Below, in pieces: positions 27,067-41,162 of a stretch of 64,000 bases of DNA (positions are counted from its first letter, which is position 1; each line of letters begins with the position of its first letter). Made by a program: the position numbers and the translations under genes. The notes under the pieces are model-generated. The model saw only the letters and a list, made by a program, of their open reading frames with translations. It did not search any database and had not been told where the DNA came from. The stretch is from Geosiphon pyriformis uo1 (taxonomy: Eukaryota; Fungi; Glomeromycota), in NCBI GenBank assembly GCA_016748015.1, contig JAAOMT010000672.1, forward strand, positions 483,752 to 547,751. The letters are read 5' to 3'.

Positions 27067-30000
27067 TATTACTGGAGGTTTTTGATCTCTTTTTTTGAAT
27101 GTTGTTAATATTGTTTTGCCATTAATTTACAATTACTGAAAGTAATTAAACTTCCGATAACTGAATTTATTTTCAAACTATTTTCTATAATTTGAACTAC
27201 TGAGTTTATAAGTGAAATAGCCAATTCCATGCCAGTTACTTGTATAGTTATTTTGCAGTAAAAGTCAACTCTTTCTTAAGAATTGCTTGTCTGAAAGCTT
27301 ACTAAAAATGTGTAGTTACTTTGCTGTAAAAGTCAACTTTTTTCCAGACATCTTGTCTGTAGACTACTTTAATGATTATAATAAAAAATAAAAAAAATTA
27401 AAAGAAATATAAAGGAAAAAAAATTTTATTAAGAGAATCGTTTTCTGTTAGACCTAGAGTCATTAATGAATTATTGAAATTAGTAGCTAATCAATTTCAA
27501 ATTATTAATAAAAAATTGGAAAATTCAAGTGTAATTAATTCAGAGATTTTGATTTTCGAAGTATTTGATGTTTATTATTTTTTGTAAAAATATATAAAAG
27601 ATGATTAATTCGAACTAAGATTATTATTCTAAAATAAGATGATTCTGTGTAAAATAGGATACATTTTCTCGAAAAGAAAAGCTTTTCTTTTATACAACTT
27701 GTTGTAGTACTAGTCTATCAACTTGAACTTTTTCTTTTGCTATAATTTTGATACCTAAAAATACATTTTGATGAACTACAAATTTTTTTTACGAACTATA
27801 AATAATTTCAGTGAACTATTAAAATATTTTGCAAATTTTACAAATTTTGACAAATTTTTGAATATTATTGAGTTTGGGATATTGCATAATCTGATTATTG
27901 CAATTGTATATTATACAAATTAGATTATTAATTAGATAGTAATATTCAATGATTTGATTAAATAATAAGTGATAATTGAAATAATATTAATACATGCTAA
28001 TTAATAATAGAAATTATAAAAGTAATTTCATATTAATTAATGGATAAAATTCTATTGGTAATATAATTTTCTCCTCAAAACTGAGCTCTATTGAAGTTTA
28101 AATACTATTTATAATATTTAAATCAAAGATTATTGAATTAATTTGGTTTAAAAATTGTGAAAATTTAGTTTTATGAGCTTGTCAATATTTTAAATTCTTA
28201 TTGGTTGAAGTATTAGATTTTGTAAGACGTTTTCACAAGTATTGAATAGGTTATAAAGTTTAAAAGCTGTTCTAAGTTTATAGTAAGCATTTGTTGGTCC
28301 AGCTATTGTCTTAAATTCGTTATAAATTTGTTTTTGTATGGCTTTTGAAATGAGATTTTTGGCTTTAAGTTCCAGTTTTCTTTGATACAGTGTTTTCTCA
28401 ATTTGAAAATATTAATAAATAAGGATATATTTACTGCTTTTGTTGAAAAATAGTTGAAATTTTGGTTGTATTGTGGTATTCAAGAAAATGTTAATAAGAG
28501 TAAACAGTAAGTTTTCTTTCAAAACTTGTTTTAAAAGTTTTGGTAAGTAACTTCCAAAATAACTTCTTATGTTTTTTTTATAAGGATAATAATTTAAATT
28601 ATTTACTATTAAAACTATAATCATTTTCTAAATATAAGTAATTTGACTTTTATTAAATATTATGAATAAGTCAAAAAGTATTTTTAAAGTTGAAATTAAT
28701 TTTTAGAATATTTGTTGAATGTTTTAGGAAATAGTTATTGTAAATTAAATAAAATAATAAAATTGGGTAAAAACAAAAAAATAAAGAAAAAATTATTTTT
28801 AGTATATGAATTTTTATATATTTTTAATTTTGAGTATTTTTGATAATTATTTACTATTTTTGCTTAACATTTTTGTGTTAAATTTGAAAAAAATACCAAT
28901 AAAAATAATTTAAATATTCAAATTTGATTATTGTTTTATTAAAACTATTAATTTTAAGTTTCAAAGAATATTTTTAATTAAAAAAAAATATACCAATTTG
29001 TAAATTAATGATTTTGAGTTAATTTTAAACTAATAATGTTTTAATTGATCTTTATGTACTATTTTTGCTAATATTCTGTTATTAAGCTTTAACTTATATG
29101 ATTTATTTTTTAGGGCTTCATGAATATAAAATGGTTTATTTTATTTATAATCAATTTTTTATTCCATTGTTTTTTAGCTTTAATTTTGTATAAGAAAACT
29201 TTATTCTCAATTTTAAATTTGTTAATAATAGATGGCAATTTGTTATTTTCTTATTTTTTTGTTGTGCTTAAAAATGTTTAATATATGTGATTACAATTTG
29301 TTATTTTTTTTTCAGTATGCTAAGAAAAGTGTAGACTTTTTATTAAAATGTTTTTTAGAAATTTTGTTTTGTGATTGGTTATATTAGATATGTTTTTACA
29401 ATAAAATTAATTAATAATATGCTGTTTTTTCATAAGTTAAGTTAAATAATATGTATTTTGTTGTATTTTGTTTTAGTGTTTTGTATGTTAGTAATACTAA
29501 TAAAATAAAAATATTATATTTTTGCTTAAAATCAGTTAAGATTTTGGCTAATAATTTACATAATATTTGGTTAAATTGTTTTATAAATCTATTTATTTGT
29601 AAATGATAAGATAATAATAAAAGTTGTTAAATCTTTATTTACAAATTTTTTGTATTAAGTTGTTCACAAAATGTGTTTTTTGAATAAATAAAAATTTAAT
29701 TAGACATTTATGTCTGTAAATAATATCTTTGTAAATGAAATTTGTTATCAATTTTGCATTTTTTTTTTAAATAGCTCTAATTTTAAGCCATTTAATAAAA
29801 TAATTTACTATAATTGTAATATAATAGTTTTTTTAAATTGTAATTAATAATGGTTTAACTAAATTAATTTTTACTCTGTTTAAAAGTTGTTCAATTTTAA
29901 TTAAATTTAGAGATTCAGTAAAACAAATTTCTTTTTTTTTGACAATAATTACAAAATTTTATATACTATAAAATGTTTTTTTTATATATGGCCAAAAATA

Positions 30001-31335
30001 ATGTTTAAATATTCTTTAAATTAAATTATTTTTTTCTAAGTATGTTAATAATAGATCTGTATATATGTTGTAAAAAATAGTTTTTTTTTGTTTTTTGTAC
30101 TAATCTAAATAAATTGATTAAATTTCTAATTTTGATAATAGATTTTATTATAATAAAAAAAATATTGTTTTAATTGATGTTATAATTAATGTTTTTTACT
30201 AAAAAACCAATTTTCTAATATAATAAAAAATTTTTAATAATTTTTGTGATGATTATAATTTTTGGGATTTTATTATTTGTTATTAATTGTTTGATTAAAT
30301 AGTAATAAAGTTGGTATTAGTGCTAATCTTATTTTATTCTTAAAAAACTATTAATATTAATGTCTAATTTTTCTGGTTTGTAGTAAATAGTATATTTGTA
30401 ATTAGCTAAAAAATTAACTTATTAAGATTGTTTTATATTAAGTTTTGATTTCTATTTATTAAATTATTTGAGACCAATATTATTAGTAATAATATTAAAT
30501 TTAAATTTATTTTAAAAATATTGTTAAAAGTATTTAAGAACTCAAATAATAGTTATTAATTCTAAATTAGTTAAGCTATATTTGAATTTTGTTGGCTTAA
30601 GTATTTTATTTGCATAAATAATTACTTGCTTATTGCTATTATTATCCAATTTTGATAGAATAACACTAAAGACTGTATGTGAAGTATTTATGACTAGCTA
30701 AAAGCTTTTATTAAAGTTAGAGTAAGCAAAAATTAAAACAGTTTTAAGTTTTTTCTTAAAAGTATTAAATGTTTTTATTAAACTAAGATCTATTAGTATT
30801 TAATATTTTTATTAATTAGTAGTTAAATAGTTTAGTAATTTCAGAGAATTTTTTAATAAATTTTCAGTAGTAAGAGTCTAATTCAATGAATTTTTTTAAT
30901 TTTATTGTGTTTTAGAGAATTTGAAAATTTTTGACAGCATTAATTTTTTTAAAATTAGGTTAATCTCTATTTTTGCTAATAATATATTCAAAAAAAATTA
31001 AGCTTGTCTTTTTAAAATAATATTTTTCAATATTCAATTTCAATTTTGCTTTTTGTAATTATTAAAAAACTTTTTGCAGATAAATTAAATAAGCTTTAAA
31101 AGTTAAAAAATAAATATCAGTAACATTTAAGTAAATAACTACTAATTGTTATAAAAATTTTTTATAAACAATATTTTTAAGTGACTAAAATATTGTTAGT
31201 ATATTGCAAAAACCAAAAAATATAATATTAAATTTATAATTTTTTTTGTATAGTAAATACTGTTTTAAAACAGTCTTTAAAATCTATTTTAACTTGTTAA
31301 TATTTGCTTTTTAAGTTTAAAGTTAAAAAAAACAC
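27067..31335 (-). mobile_element. Older, 5'-truncated copy of the Gypsy family at 49767-59569 (3' LTR 27067-28063, ORF3, integrase, RNase H, part of RT)
   Basis: LTR aligns end to end with the other two LTRs (tattactggaggtttttg ... ttggtaata); adjacent PPT remnant; colinear ORF3 and pol remnants, heavily AT-shifted. Confidence 0.88.
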
Positions 31336-34300
31336 TTAAATATAATTACTAATAATAAGACTATAATAATATTAATTTTTTTAATGTTTTTAAATATAAT
31401 AAAATTGGAATCTTAAGTAAATAGTTTATTTAGTTTTATTAGAAACTTAATAGCCAAATTTAATAATTTGGTATTGACTTTTGGTGTCTTTTTTTCTGTT
31501 TTTCTAATAATTAGTCTTATTTAGAAGATAGTTACTTATAATATATATAAAATAAACAATTTTATAAAACAAAAAAATATAATTAAATAACATAAAAAAA
31601 ATAATAATTTAATATTTAATATTACTAAAATAAAAAACAAAATTTGTTTATAAGTTATAAATAAATTTAATAATATTTAAGTATACACTTTTGGTTTGAA
31701 TTTTAGTTATTTAGATTTTTATGCTATTATTATAATAAATAACAGATTAGCTAAGTATATATATAAGATTATTAAAATAAATAGTTATTTTTTATCAATT
31801 AAATTACTTTTTAAAAACAAGTTTTTAATGTCTATTCTAAAAATATATATTAATAATATTATAATTATACATTTTAATTAAGTAAAAAATATTAATATGT
31901 TGATTATTAAAACTATTAATAAGTTTTTTTTTGTGATTTTGGATAATAATTTTAATAAAAATAAGTCTTAAAAATATTAATTTTAAAAAATATCAGAATT
32001 TAAGTTTAATTAATTTTTTAATATAAAGTATAACTATTAAGACTACTATATAAATAAATTTTAAAGGTGTAATAAAAACAATTAACTTTTATTTTTGCTA
32101 GTCTTATTAATATGGTAATTTACAAAAATATAACAAATATTAATGATTTTTTTAAATTATCTTTTTTATTGTTTTGAATAAACTTTTATATATGTAGTTA
32201 AATTCATTTTACAAATAAAAAAACAAAAATTAATGAAAGTTTAATATTAAAAATATGAATAATACTAAATAGTTTTAATTTAAAAATATTATATTGGCTA
32301 ATTTTATGTTGTTTTATATTAATTTTATTACTTTAAAACAATTTTTAAATTTAGATATAATATAATATAATATAATATAAAATATAATATAAAAATAATA
32401 TATTTTTTAATTAATAAAATTTTTTTTAAATTATAATATAAAAAATATAATAATGTTTTTAAAATTGTCAAAAAATTATAAATTAAATTAAAAATAAAAT
32501 TTATATGTTAATAAATTGCTAAAAAATTTTTAATAATATAAATACTGATTTTATTTAAGTTTTTTTAGATTTTAATATTGGTTTTAATAATATTTATTTT
32601 ATTTTATATGGCATTAAAAAGTCATATTATGTATAAAACTTATAAAATTATTATGAACAGAAAAAACAAAAATCAGATTTGCTATTTCTAAGTATATAAA
32701 AAACTTTGTAAACAAAAAAAATTATATTATTAAAAGTGTCTTAAAATATTTATTTTAAAAGATAGTTTTAGATTACTTAATTATAAAAAATAAATTAATA
32801 TAAATAAGAAGTTTTCTAATAACAAATCTACTAATCTGTTTGGTATTTTTAATAAATTTTAAATACATTATAATAATTTAATATTATATATGCTTTTAAA
32901 TTTTTTAAATATTTATTTAGTTTGCAAATTGGTTTTTTGAATATAAAAAAAAATATAAATATCTATAATTTTTAAATTATATAAATAAAATAAAATTATA
33001 ATAAATATTTAACTTATTGTTTTAATTAAAACTTTTTAGAAAATTTTTTCAAAATTTTTTTAAACAGATTTTTTCTGACATGTAGCAAGTTTAATATTTT
33101 TTATAATAATAATTTTTTGTTTTTAAAATTATTACAACCAAATTTTTGATTTTTGTTATTGGTTTTATAATAAAAAATATTTTAAAAATGAATTATAAAC
33201 TTTAATTGGTTTTATAGAATATGTAAAAAACTTATAACTTTATTAGATAATTTTATTTAAGAAATAATTTATGAAAAATCAAGATATATAATAGGTTTAT
33301 TCAATTTTTTGACAATATTTATAATAATAAAGTTAATTAAGTAATAACAAATTTTAGATTGATAAATAGATATTAAATACATAATAGTATAAATTAAAAT
33401 AAAGTTTTTTTTTACTTTTGTAAAGAATTTTTTATAATTTTTTTTATGTAAAGTAAAAAGACAAAAAAGTTTATGTGAATACAAAATTAACACTATATTT
33501 GTTGTCAAAATAAGTAAAATTAAAAATCATGCTAATTTATTATTTTTTTTTATAATTGGTATTTTTATTAATAATATAATTTAAATAAAAAACAACCAAA
33601 TTATTATACAATATATTTTGAATATTATAAATAAATTTTTTAAAATTAATAATATTTTAATTAATAATAATAAGATTGTAACAATTTTAATTAATTATTA
33701 GATAAAAGTATTATGTTTGTTTATTAATAGTTTGCCAATTTTAATTATAAAAAAAAATTTTATAAGTATTTAAATATTTTTCTATTATATTTGGTCTATT
33801 TAAACCTAATTTAATTAAGATTTATTCAAATATTAAGTTTTTTACAAATATAATTTTAATAAAACTATTATAAACAAATAGTTTTTATATTTAATATTAG
33901 TTATTGGATACAATTAAGTTTTATTTTTAAAAATATGTATTATAAGAAAATGCTTTAATTAAAAAAATTTAAAAAAAAAGTTTAAATTACTAAAAAACTT
34001 TTTTAATAAGACTATCTATTATTTTTTATTATATAAGCTAAACAGATATAGACTGAAAACAAAATAATTTAAGTTAATATTATCTTTTATTTGGATTTTG
34101 TACTTCTAATTTGTATTAATAAAAGATATATTAAATTAATAATATAACTGTTTTAATAATATTTGGTATTTTGTTCACAATATTTTCAAATTTGTTGGTT
34201 ATATTTTATAAAAAACTAGATCAAATACTGTGGTTATTAATAAAACTTTTTAAAAAAATATTAATTAAGTTAAGTTTTTATTGGTTTGGTATTTAAATTT

Positions 34301-34519
34301 TTATATAATTGTTGAATATATAAATAAAATATAGCTAGTTTGTGTATTATATAATTGTTATTATTATGTAATTTTAATAATATTTTTTTATTTATTTATT
34401 TATTTAACGAGTGAGATCCAAACGCAACCTAGTGCTATACATCATACAAATGATCTAAACTAGGTGTGAATCATGTGCTTTCTACACATAACCAGCCACT
34501 CGGGCCAATCAGGACTACA

Positions 34520-37500
34520 CTATACATCTATATGCACAGAAACCAAATCTCCAATACCTGAAAAAAATGGACAAAACCTACGAAACCCGAAACCAACTCC
34601 AAAAGTCTCAGCCACTCCCAGCAATCTAACCACACCAGCCGAAAACACCTTAGACAAACCAGAAACTGAAACAAGAGTTGAGCCATCATGTGGAATCAGA
34701 CCACGCTTTTCCATAAACACTTAGTGTCTGGCGTGGACCAACCAAATGTCATTCCGAAATGCAAGACAGAACCTATGCACAAAGCTCATAATCCTTTTAG
34801 TACCCTCATCAGAATCATTAAAAACCAAGACAGACTCATGAAATTACTCATCGAAAACAAAGCCTTTACACAGAGCAACACCAATTCTAACCTCAGAAAC
34901 ACAAGAAGCCAAAGCCTGTAAGACACAAGAAAAAGAACGAGACAGGCCAGAAAGAGCCTTCCAAGCTGAAGTATGAGCGCCCAACAAACAAGCACAACCA
35001 ATGACATCCTGAGAACACAAAAAGACGTGATCCGAGGTCTCAACATTACCACAGAACAGACAGACCACACTGGGGTATCTCCTATCATACAAATGCTTGC
35101 GCACAGCAACAAGAAGCTGATGATGGAGAGCCTTCATAAAGTAAGTATGACAGCTAGCCATGCGCATGCTGGTAAAACTGGATGCCAAGTGAGAATTGGA
35201 GTGCCACACCATAAAAGACTTAGACCAATTGATATTAGCGCGCAATCTATCATCCACAACATGAGAACCCACTCCGACCTCCCAATGAGCTCGATGAACT
35301 GACCAGAAAACATCACAAACAAAGTGTCTAGAATTACCAGAAACTGCCACATTACCAGCACACAGAAAACGTTTACTGACCAAATAAGATAAGTGCCAAG
35401 CAGAGAGAGCAGCATCTTTAGCAAGTGCATCAGCATGATTATTACTTGAGACACCTAAATGACCCTTCACCTTAACCCAATTCACATCCAAATTCTTCTG
35501 ACAAATGACAGTAGTAATGTGACGATGCTCAATCCAACAGTGGTTCCTGAAATCTGGATGAGCCAGTGACAATTCTGACCTACACGCATCTAAAGCAGCT
35601 TGGCTATTCGAAAACAAGTCAACCAAATGAAAAAAAGGAACACATTCAAGGGCCAAAGCTATGGCTTGCAGCTCCGTCAGAGTAAAAAAAACCAAACCAG
35701 ACACCCCAACACCCAAACCCAAGTTAATGTCCTTAATAAAAACAGCAGCACCCGCCCTCACATTAACAGAGCCCAGACCAGAAAGTGATCCATCCGTATA
35801 CACAGAAAGGCGGGCAGCTCCAACAGTTGGCAAAGTGTTACGAACCACACCAAAATCATGAGAAAGATGAATGTCAGACACAGCATGATCATCCACCAAA
35901 GAGGAACTTGAGGAAAGAGATACAACACCACCAAAAAAGCAAACAGAGAGATCAAACCAGAAAGAAACTGGGCCACGAGAGTCCAGCCTCTTCCAACGCT
36001 TGAAGGTTCTCCAACTAAAAACATTACCATTATGGTCATAAAGCTGTTCCACAAAAGCAATCCCATAATGCCTAAGCAAAGAGACACACTTGAAAAAACA
36101 GGAATCACCTAAAACCAAAGACATAGGAGTACCACACCGACAACAAAAAGCACAAGCCAGAGGGCCCCCCAAAGACAAATCACACCTGGAAAAAATACGG
36201 ATCACACCAGCCAAAAAATTATTTGAGGGACTAATACCAACACGAGCCAGAAACAGTAAGGAATGAAGAGGACGCCAGCTGAGAACCTGAAGGTCATGAG
36301 ACCTATGTGAAAACAAGTGACCCAAGACACCAGTGGAATTTGCAAAAGCAATAATGAAGGCCGATTTACTCTTAGCCTGGATTTGTTCGAAAGTCTTTAG
36401 ATTGTACAGAGAGAGATAATGAAGAGCATCACTGGGGAAATTATGTGGCAACTCAGACTTGGACTTAAAGATCTTGCGTACCAACGTGTCTCATTTACTA
36501 CAAACACCCAAAGAAACAAAACTGAACTGAGTCCTGTAGCTGATAATAGGGAAAAGAACTGCAGATACCAAATATGTACACTGTTTGTCCGAAATCGCCT
36601 TCCTCAAAACAAGATTCACAAAAAACCGTACATCAGCCTGAGCTTTAGCCAAGCTAGGCTTCGAAAGACCCCCAGAAGACAAAAAAATACCCAAATAGTG
36701 ATGAGATTCTCCTTTTCTGGCAATGAAAATAGGTGCACTACTGATAGTTAAATGAGAGTTCAACACCCGACAGTTGATAGGGATGGCTACCGTCTTGTCG
36801 TTATTCACAGAAATGTCATTGAATCTGAAAAACTCACTAGCAATATTCAAAATGTGTTGTGTAGCAGCCTGGCTGCTATCAATCCAAATAGTATCATTGA
36901 CGAAAGCACCAGCAGCGAAAAACGAAGTCAATCCAGCACGAGGATCTACTCGGCCTGTTTTAAAAACATAATGAGAATTCAACCTGTAGCCCCATACACT
37001 CTCCTGCCTCTTGATCTCGCATAAAAGCGAATCATAAAAAATATGCCAGAGAAGAGGCGAGAAAACTTCACCCTGATCCAGCCCATCGTGGACACAATAC
37101 TTATCAGTTAAACCAAAGTCAGTCATCACTCTGTTGACACGACCATTGTGAATACTGCCAAAAAATCTAATAAACCTGTTACATATTTTGATCCTGATCA
37201 AACTCCTCCTAAAATGTTCCCAGCCAACCGAGTCATAAGCCTTATGCATGTTCTGTAAAACCAGCCAAAGTTCATGGTTCTTCTCCAAGGCATCCTCAAC
37301 CATAGAACCGACAGCAAAAATGGAAGACTGCATTATCGTATCTTTCAAAACTGAAAAATTGTCTTCACAAAGAACATTAAAAGTGCCACAAGCCAAAGAG
37401 ATCCTATCTGAAAGGATCTTGGAGAGAATCTTGCAGGCCATTTCAATTAAAACTATAGGATGGGTGTTTGTAAGAACTCCCTCCCATTCATATGGTTTAG

Positions 37501-39207
37501 GAATCATTGAGACCCAAGCTTCCCTCCAAAACCCAGGAACTGACTTGCCAACCAGCAAAAATTCAAGAACACCAAAAGCATATCCAAAATAGATTTGTCA
37601 CAATGTTTTCACAATTCGTTGGAGATACCAGAAAGACCAGCCGCTTTTCCATCAGGAAGATCTTTAACAACAGTTGACAACTCATCAAAACTGATCGAGC
37701 ACATGACATCAGAGAAAGCACTATCGAACATGTAATCCAAAGGCCAAAATTGATGAACCCAATCCTCAGAGAAGTCAGACACCACCTCACGGTTTCTGGT
37801 CCATCCCTCCATAATTTCGTCCACTTTGAACTTAACCAAATCGGGCTCCAAAATCAACTCTTCTTCTACAACTAAATGATCTAGAACCACCTTGCAAAAA
37901 GGACACTCCAAAACATTTCTAATGGTGTAACCCTTGTTCAGTTTAAAACTCTCTATTCTCTTACCAATAGCTTGCTTGATTGAAGATTCTTCAGCACACT
38001 TGGATTCCAAAAATTTCAAAGAGCGGTACGATTTCCTCACTTTGGCTAGCACAGAACAAATAATATCAAAATTAGAACCTAAAAAAAACAGAGACTTAAC
38101 CTCCGATGCACCAAGAGAGTCGAGTCTGTGCCATACCTCCAACAAAGAAGCAAAACCATCACTCGAAGCCAAATGCAAGGCCTTAACCAACTTAGAAACC
38201 AGCAGCTCTAGTTTGTGAAACCTAGAAGAAGTCCTAGTAAACACGTCGTCAAAATCTTTGAACCATTTTTTCTTAAATGTACCATCCGCTAAAAGAACCA
38301 TGATCTTGCGAACAATGTCCCACATAGTGTCTACATCTGAAAACCTCACTGCCACTTCAAAAGCATCTGAAAACATAGAGACATTGGCAGCTAAAGCATT
38401 CTTGAACTCCAACCCCCTAGCATTATTGGCACCTTTGATGTCAAACTTCCAACAATCCCTATTCGCTTGCTTGTGAAAAGAAATTAAGCACGTATCCAAG
38501 AGCCCGCCCAAACCCAAATCCACTGAAACAGCTCGATGGTCTGTGTCAAAATGCTCACTGACATTCAAAACCTTATGATGTATTATCACATTGACAAGAC
38601 ACGAGGAGACAAACACATAATCAATTACTTTTGTAACACCTCTAGAATTTTTTCAAGTGGACGTTTTTGCAGCTGGGCTACCAACTAAAGAATTGACCAG
38701 ACCCAAATCAAAGTATTTTTTGAAACTTGCACTTTTATGAGAACCGTCTTCATTAAAATCACCTCCGAGAATGACAAAAGAAGATTTATTAACAGCCTTT
38801 GCAATAAGAGAGTTAATCTCATCAGCCTGGGAAAACCGCACCACCGAAGAAGCACCAGCGTAAAGCCCTAGAATTGACACCAAGAGCTTATTCTTGAAAA
38901 GCAATCTAACAGACAAGAGCTGGCCAGGCACTTCAAAAACTCTGCACACATGCCTTGCCAAAGAAGAGTCCATGACAACCGCCACACCAGCACCCAGATA
39001 ACCAGAATCCAAACCAGAGGAAAACACCCGAACACTATCAAACTTGTTGGCGATCCAGGGACGAACCCTATCCTTCAACTTTGTCTTAGTAAAAATAGAA
39101 ACCAAATTTCCCATGTCTTTGTGCCAACAAACTATATCTTCTTGTTTTGCAGGAATGTTTATGCCTCGAACATTACACGTAGCAACCTTCCAAATAAAAC
39201 CAGTCAT
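34520..39207 (-). pseudogene. LINE ORF2: APE endonuclease - RT - RNase H - CCHC; five stops and one frameshift (~37560)
   Basis: ATCNVRG, GGDFNE, IDY, TDH; KAYDSV, GLDQGEVFSPLLW, FVND; VYTDGS, ELQAI, WVKVKGH; CLFCGNVETSDHVFLC. Confidence 0.95.
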
Positions 39208-41162
39208 TGAGAAGACGAGAGAACTGAAGAACCCAAACCAGAACACAACATATTCAGTTTTGCCAACACTGAGCCAACTGATGCATCCAAAGCCATCAAC
39301 TTTGACTCCAAACCACCAACCTTGGCAGTTAGAACCTTCGAACTACTGGAACCAAAATCAGGATTGGCATCATCAATGGTAGAGCAAAGAGAAGGAGAGG
39401 CCACCAATGGAACGTTCAGTGCCATATCCAAATCCACGCATGAGACCAGGAAAGCATACGCAACGGGATGAGAGGCTAGAGAAGAAGACTCTGAAGATAC
39501 CACCTCAACACAACTTAGCTTCTTCGCAATAGCAGAAACTCGGTCTGCCAAAAGCTCTAAAGAGCATTCCAAAATTGCCAACCGACTGCACAAACCAGAG
39601 ATATCAGAAGGGGAGGATTCTACCAAGGCAGAACCCACACCGAAACTAGCACCAACAAAAAAAAGACCTGAAGAAACCACACGAGAGGAAGTGCCACTAG
39701 CAACTTGGGTCTATGTCTTGCCACCAAAGGAAACTGGATGAGTAATAGAAGCCTGTTTCCTCCTATATACATTAGCCAGACAAACCCAATCCTGAGAAGT
39801 TACTACCTGCTTACTGTGAGCACCAGAATTCCCACCCATAGAACAAACATCAGAAACATGACCGAATTGTTTACACATTACACAACAGGCCAAAGATAGA
39901 CCAGCCCAATGCAAACTTACACTCTTGAAAACCAGAACCAAACCAATAGCAGCCAACTTGGATGTCTCACTCTCAAAACAGATCACAGCACACCGATTAC
40001 GAATATATGAAGATGGATTACGGCTAATAAAACAAGTTATCCTATCATAAGCCTCCACCAATGCAGACAAATCATGGGCAGTAGTGCCAACTGGAAGAAT
40101 GTAAAGCAACGCCCGATGCTGATCCCTAGATACCCACATTTGTTTATCAACACTTGTCTTTGCCATGCAAACAGAATCTTTTCCCATAAGCACAGACCAT
40201 CTAGCTGCAACCAAATTAGCTATCTCAGATGATTCATATTCCACTAGGGTCTTTTGCCAAAGACCAATAAGCTGCACTTTGATTGAAATAATCTTGCCAA
40301 ACTTGGAGAACACTGCCTCAATTGCCAATTTGGGAAGATCCACTGGGATTTCTTTGACGATCACCCTCCGATCTAAACGGCTGTTTACTTTTCTTAGATC
40401 ATCATTTACCAAAATTTTTTTACTAATTGCCATTTCTCTTGCCTTAATCAAACTTTTTTCAGATGTAAATGATGACCTTATTATTCCTGGAAATTTTGAG
40501 AAAGTCGAAGCCCCTCCAAAACCATCAACTTGATAAAAAAATTTTTTCACACAAATCAACTTATCACTAACAGTTTTCCCAGGAACAGCAGAAAGTTCAA
40601 TATCCAATGCAAAAGATTTCACTGAAATAAAACTCCGAATCTTCTGATCACGTGACGCAACTGGCAGCAACTGATTGGATCCATTGAACGTATGAGGAGG
40701 GAGCTCCAAAACGTTGCCAGTACCACCCACATTAATGAAAGAAGGCTGCTTAGGCGGGTGTTCAAATATGTACGTTCTCGTTCTCAAACCCTTTGGCATA
40801 GCATTACCCATTAGTTTGTCATCCCTAGAAGCGTTAGAATCGACGTAGCTCATTTCTTCCACAATCGTGTTCTTCATGTTCTCAACATCAGAAGTCCCGT
40901 CAACACTTGATTTCTCACTGTCTATTTCACTACCCCAAGATTTCTTCTGGTTGTCAACGCCACCATGTAGCATGTCCACAGGTAGAGGGCCAACCGACGA
41001 ATTCACAACAACACCAGAATCATCAGATTTCTTTATTTTCTTGTAAGATGGACCACAAGTGTAAACACTCTCAACGTGCACCTTTTTTTTAGTGCCAGAA
41101 CGAGTTCTCACACCAGCTGAACCAGATGCTGACCCACCAGCAGAAGAGCCTACTGGATCCAT
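39204..41162 (-). pseudogene. LINE ORF1 (two RRM-like domains, CCHC knuckle, coiled coil); one internal stop at 39711-39713
   Basis: ORFs 39711..41168 and 39204..39680 share a frame; VIVKEIPVDL..FSKFGKI..LVEYES; CVMCKQFGHVSDVC. Confidence 0.9.

Noticed and set aside
31696-33508. I/N/K/F/Y-rich ORFs in AT-rich DNA (also 8052, 8370, 10054, 12210, 28412, 47170)
   Set aside because: Chance ORFs or eroded TE remnants.
34400-34512. SECIS element (ATGA...GA in a 3'UTR)
   Set aside because: Geometry lacks the SECIS core and apical AA spacing; the in-frame TGAs sit at Trp sites.
34473-41092. Many plus-strand and alternate-frame ORFs over the young LINE
   Set aside because: Shadow ORFs antisense to or overlapping ORF1/ORF2; no independent motifs.
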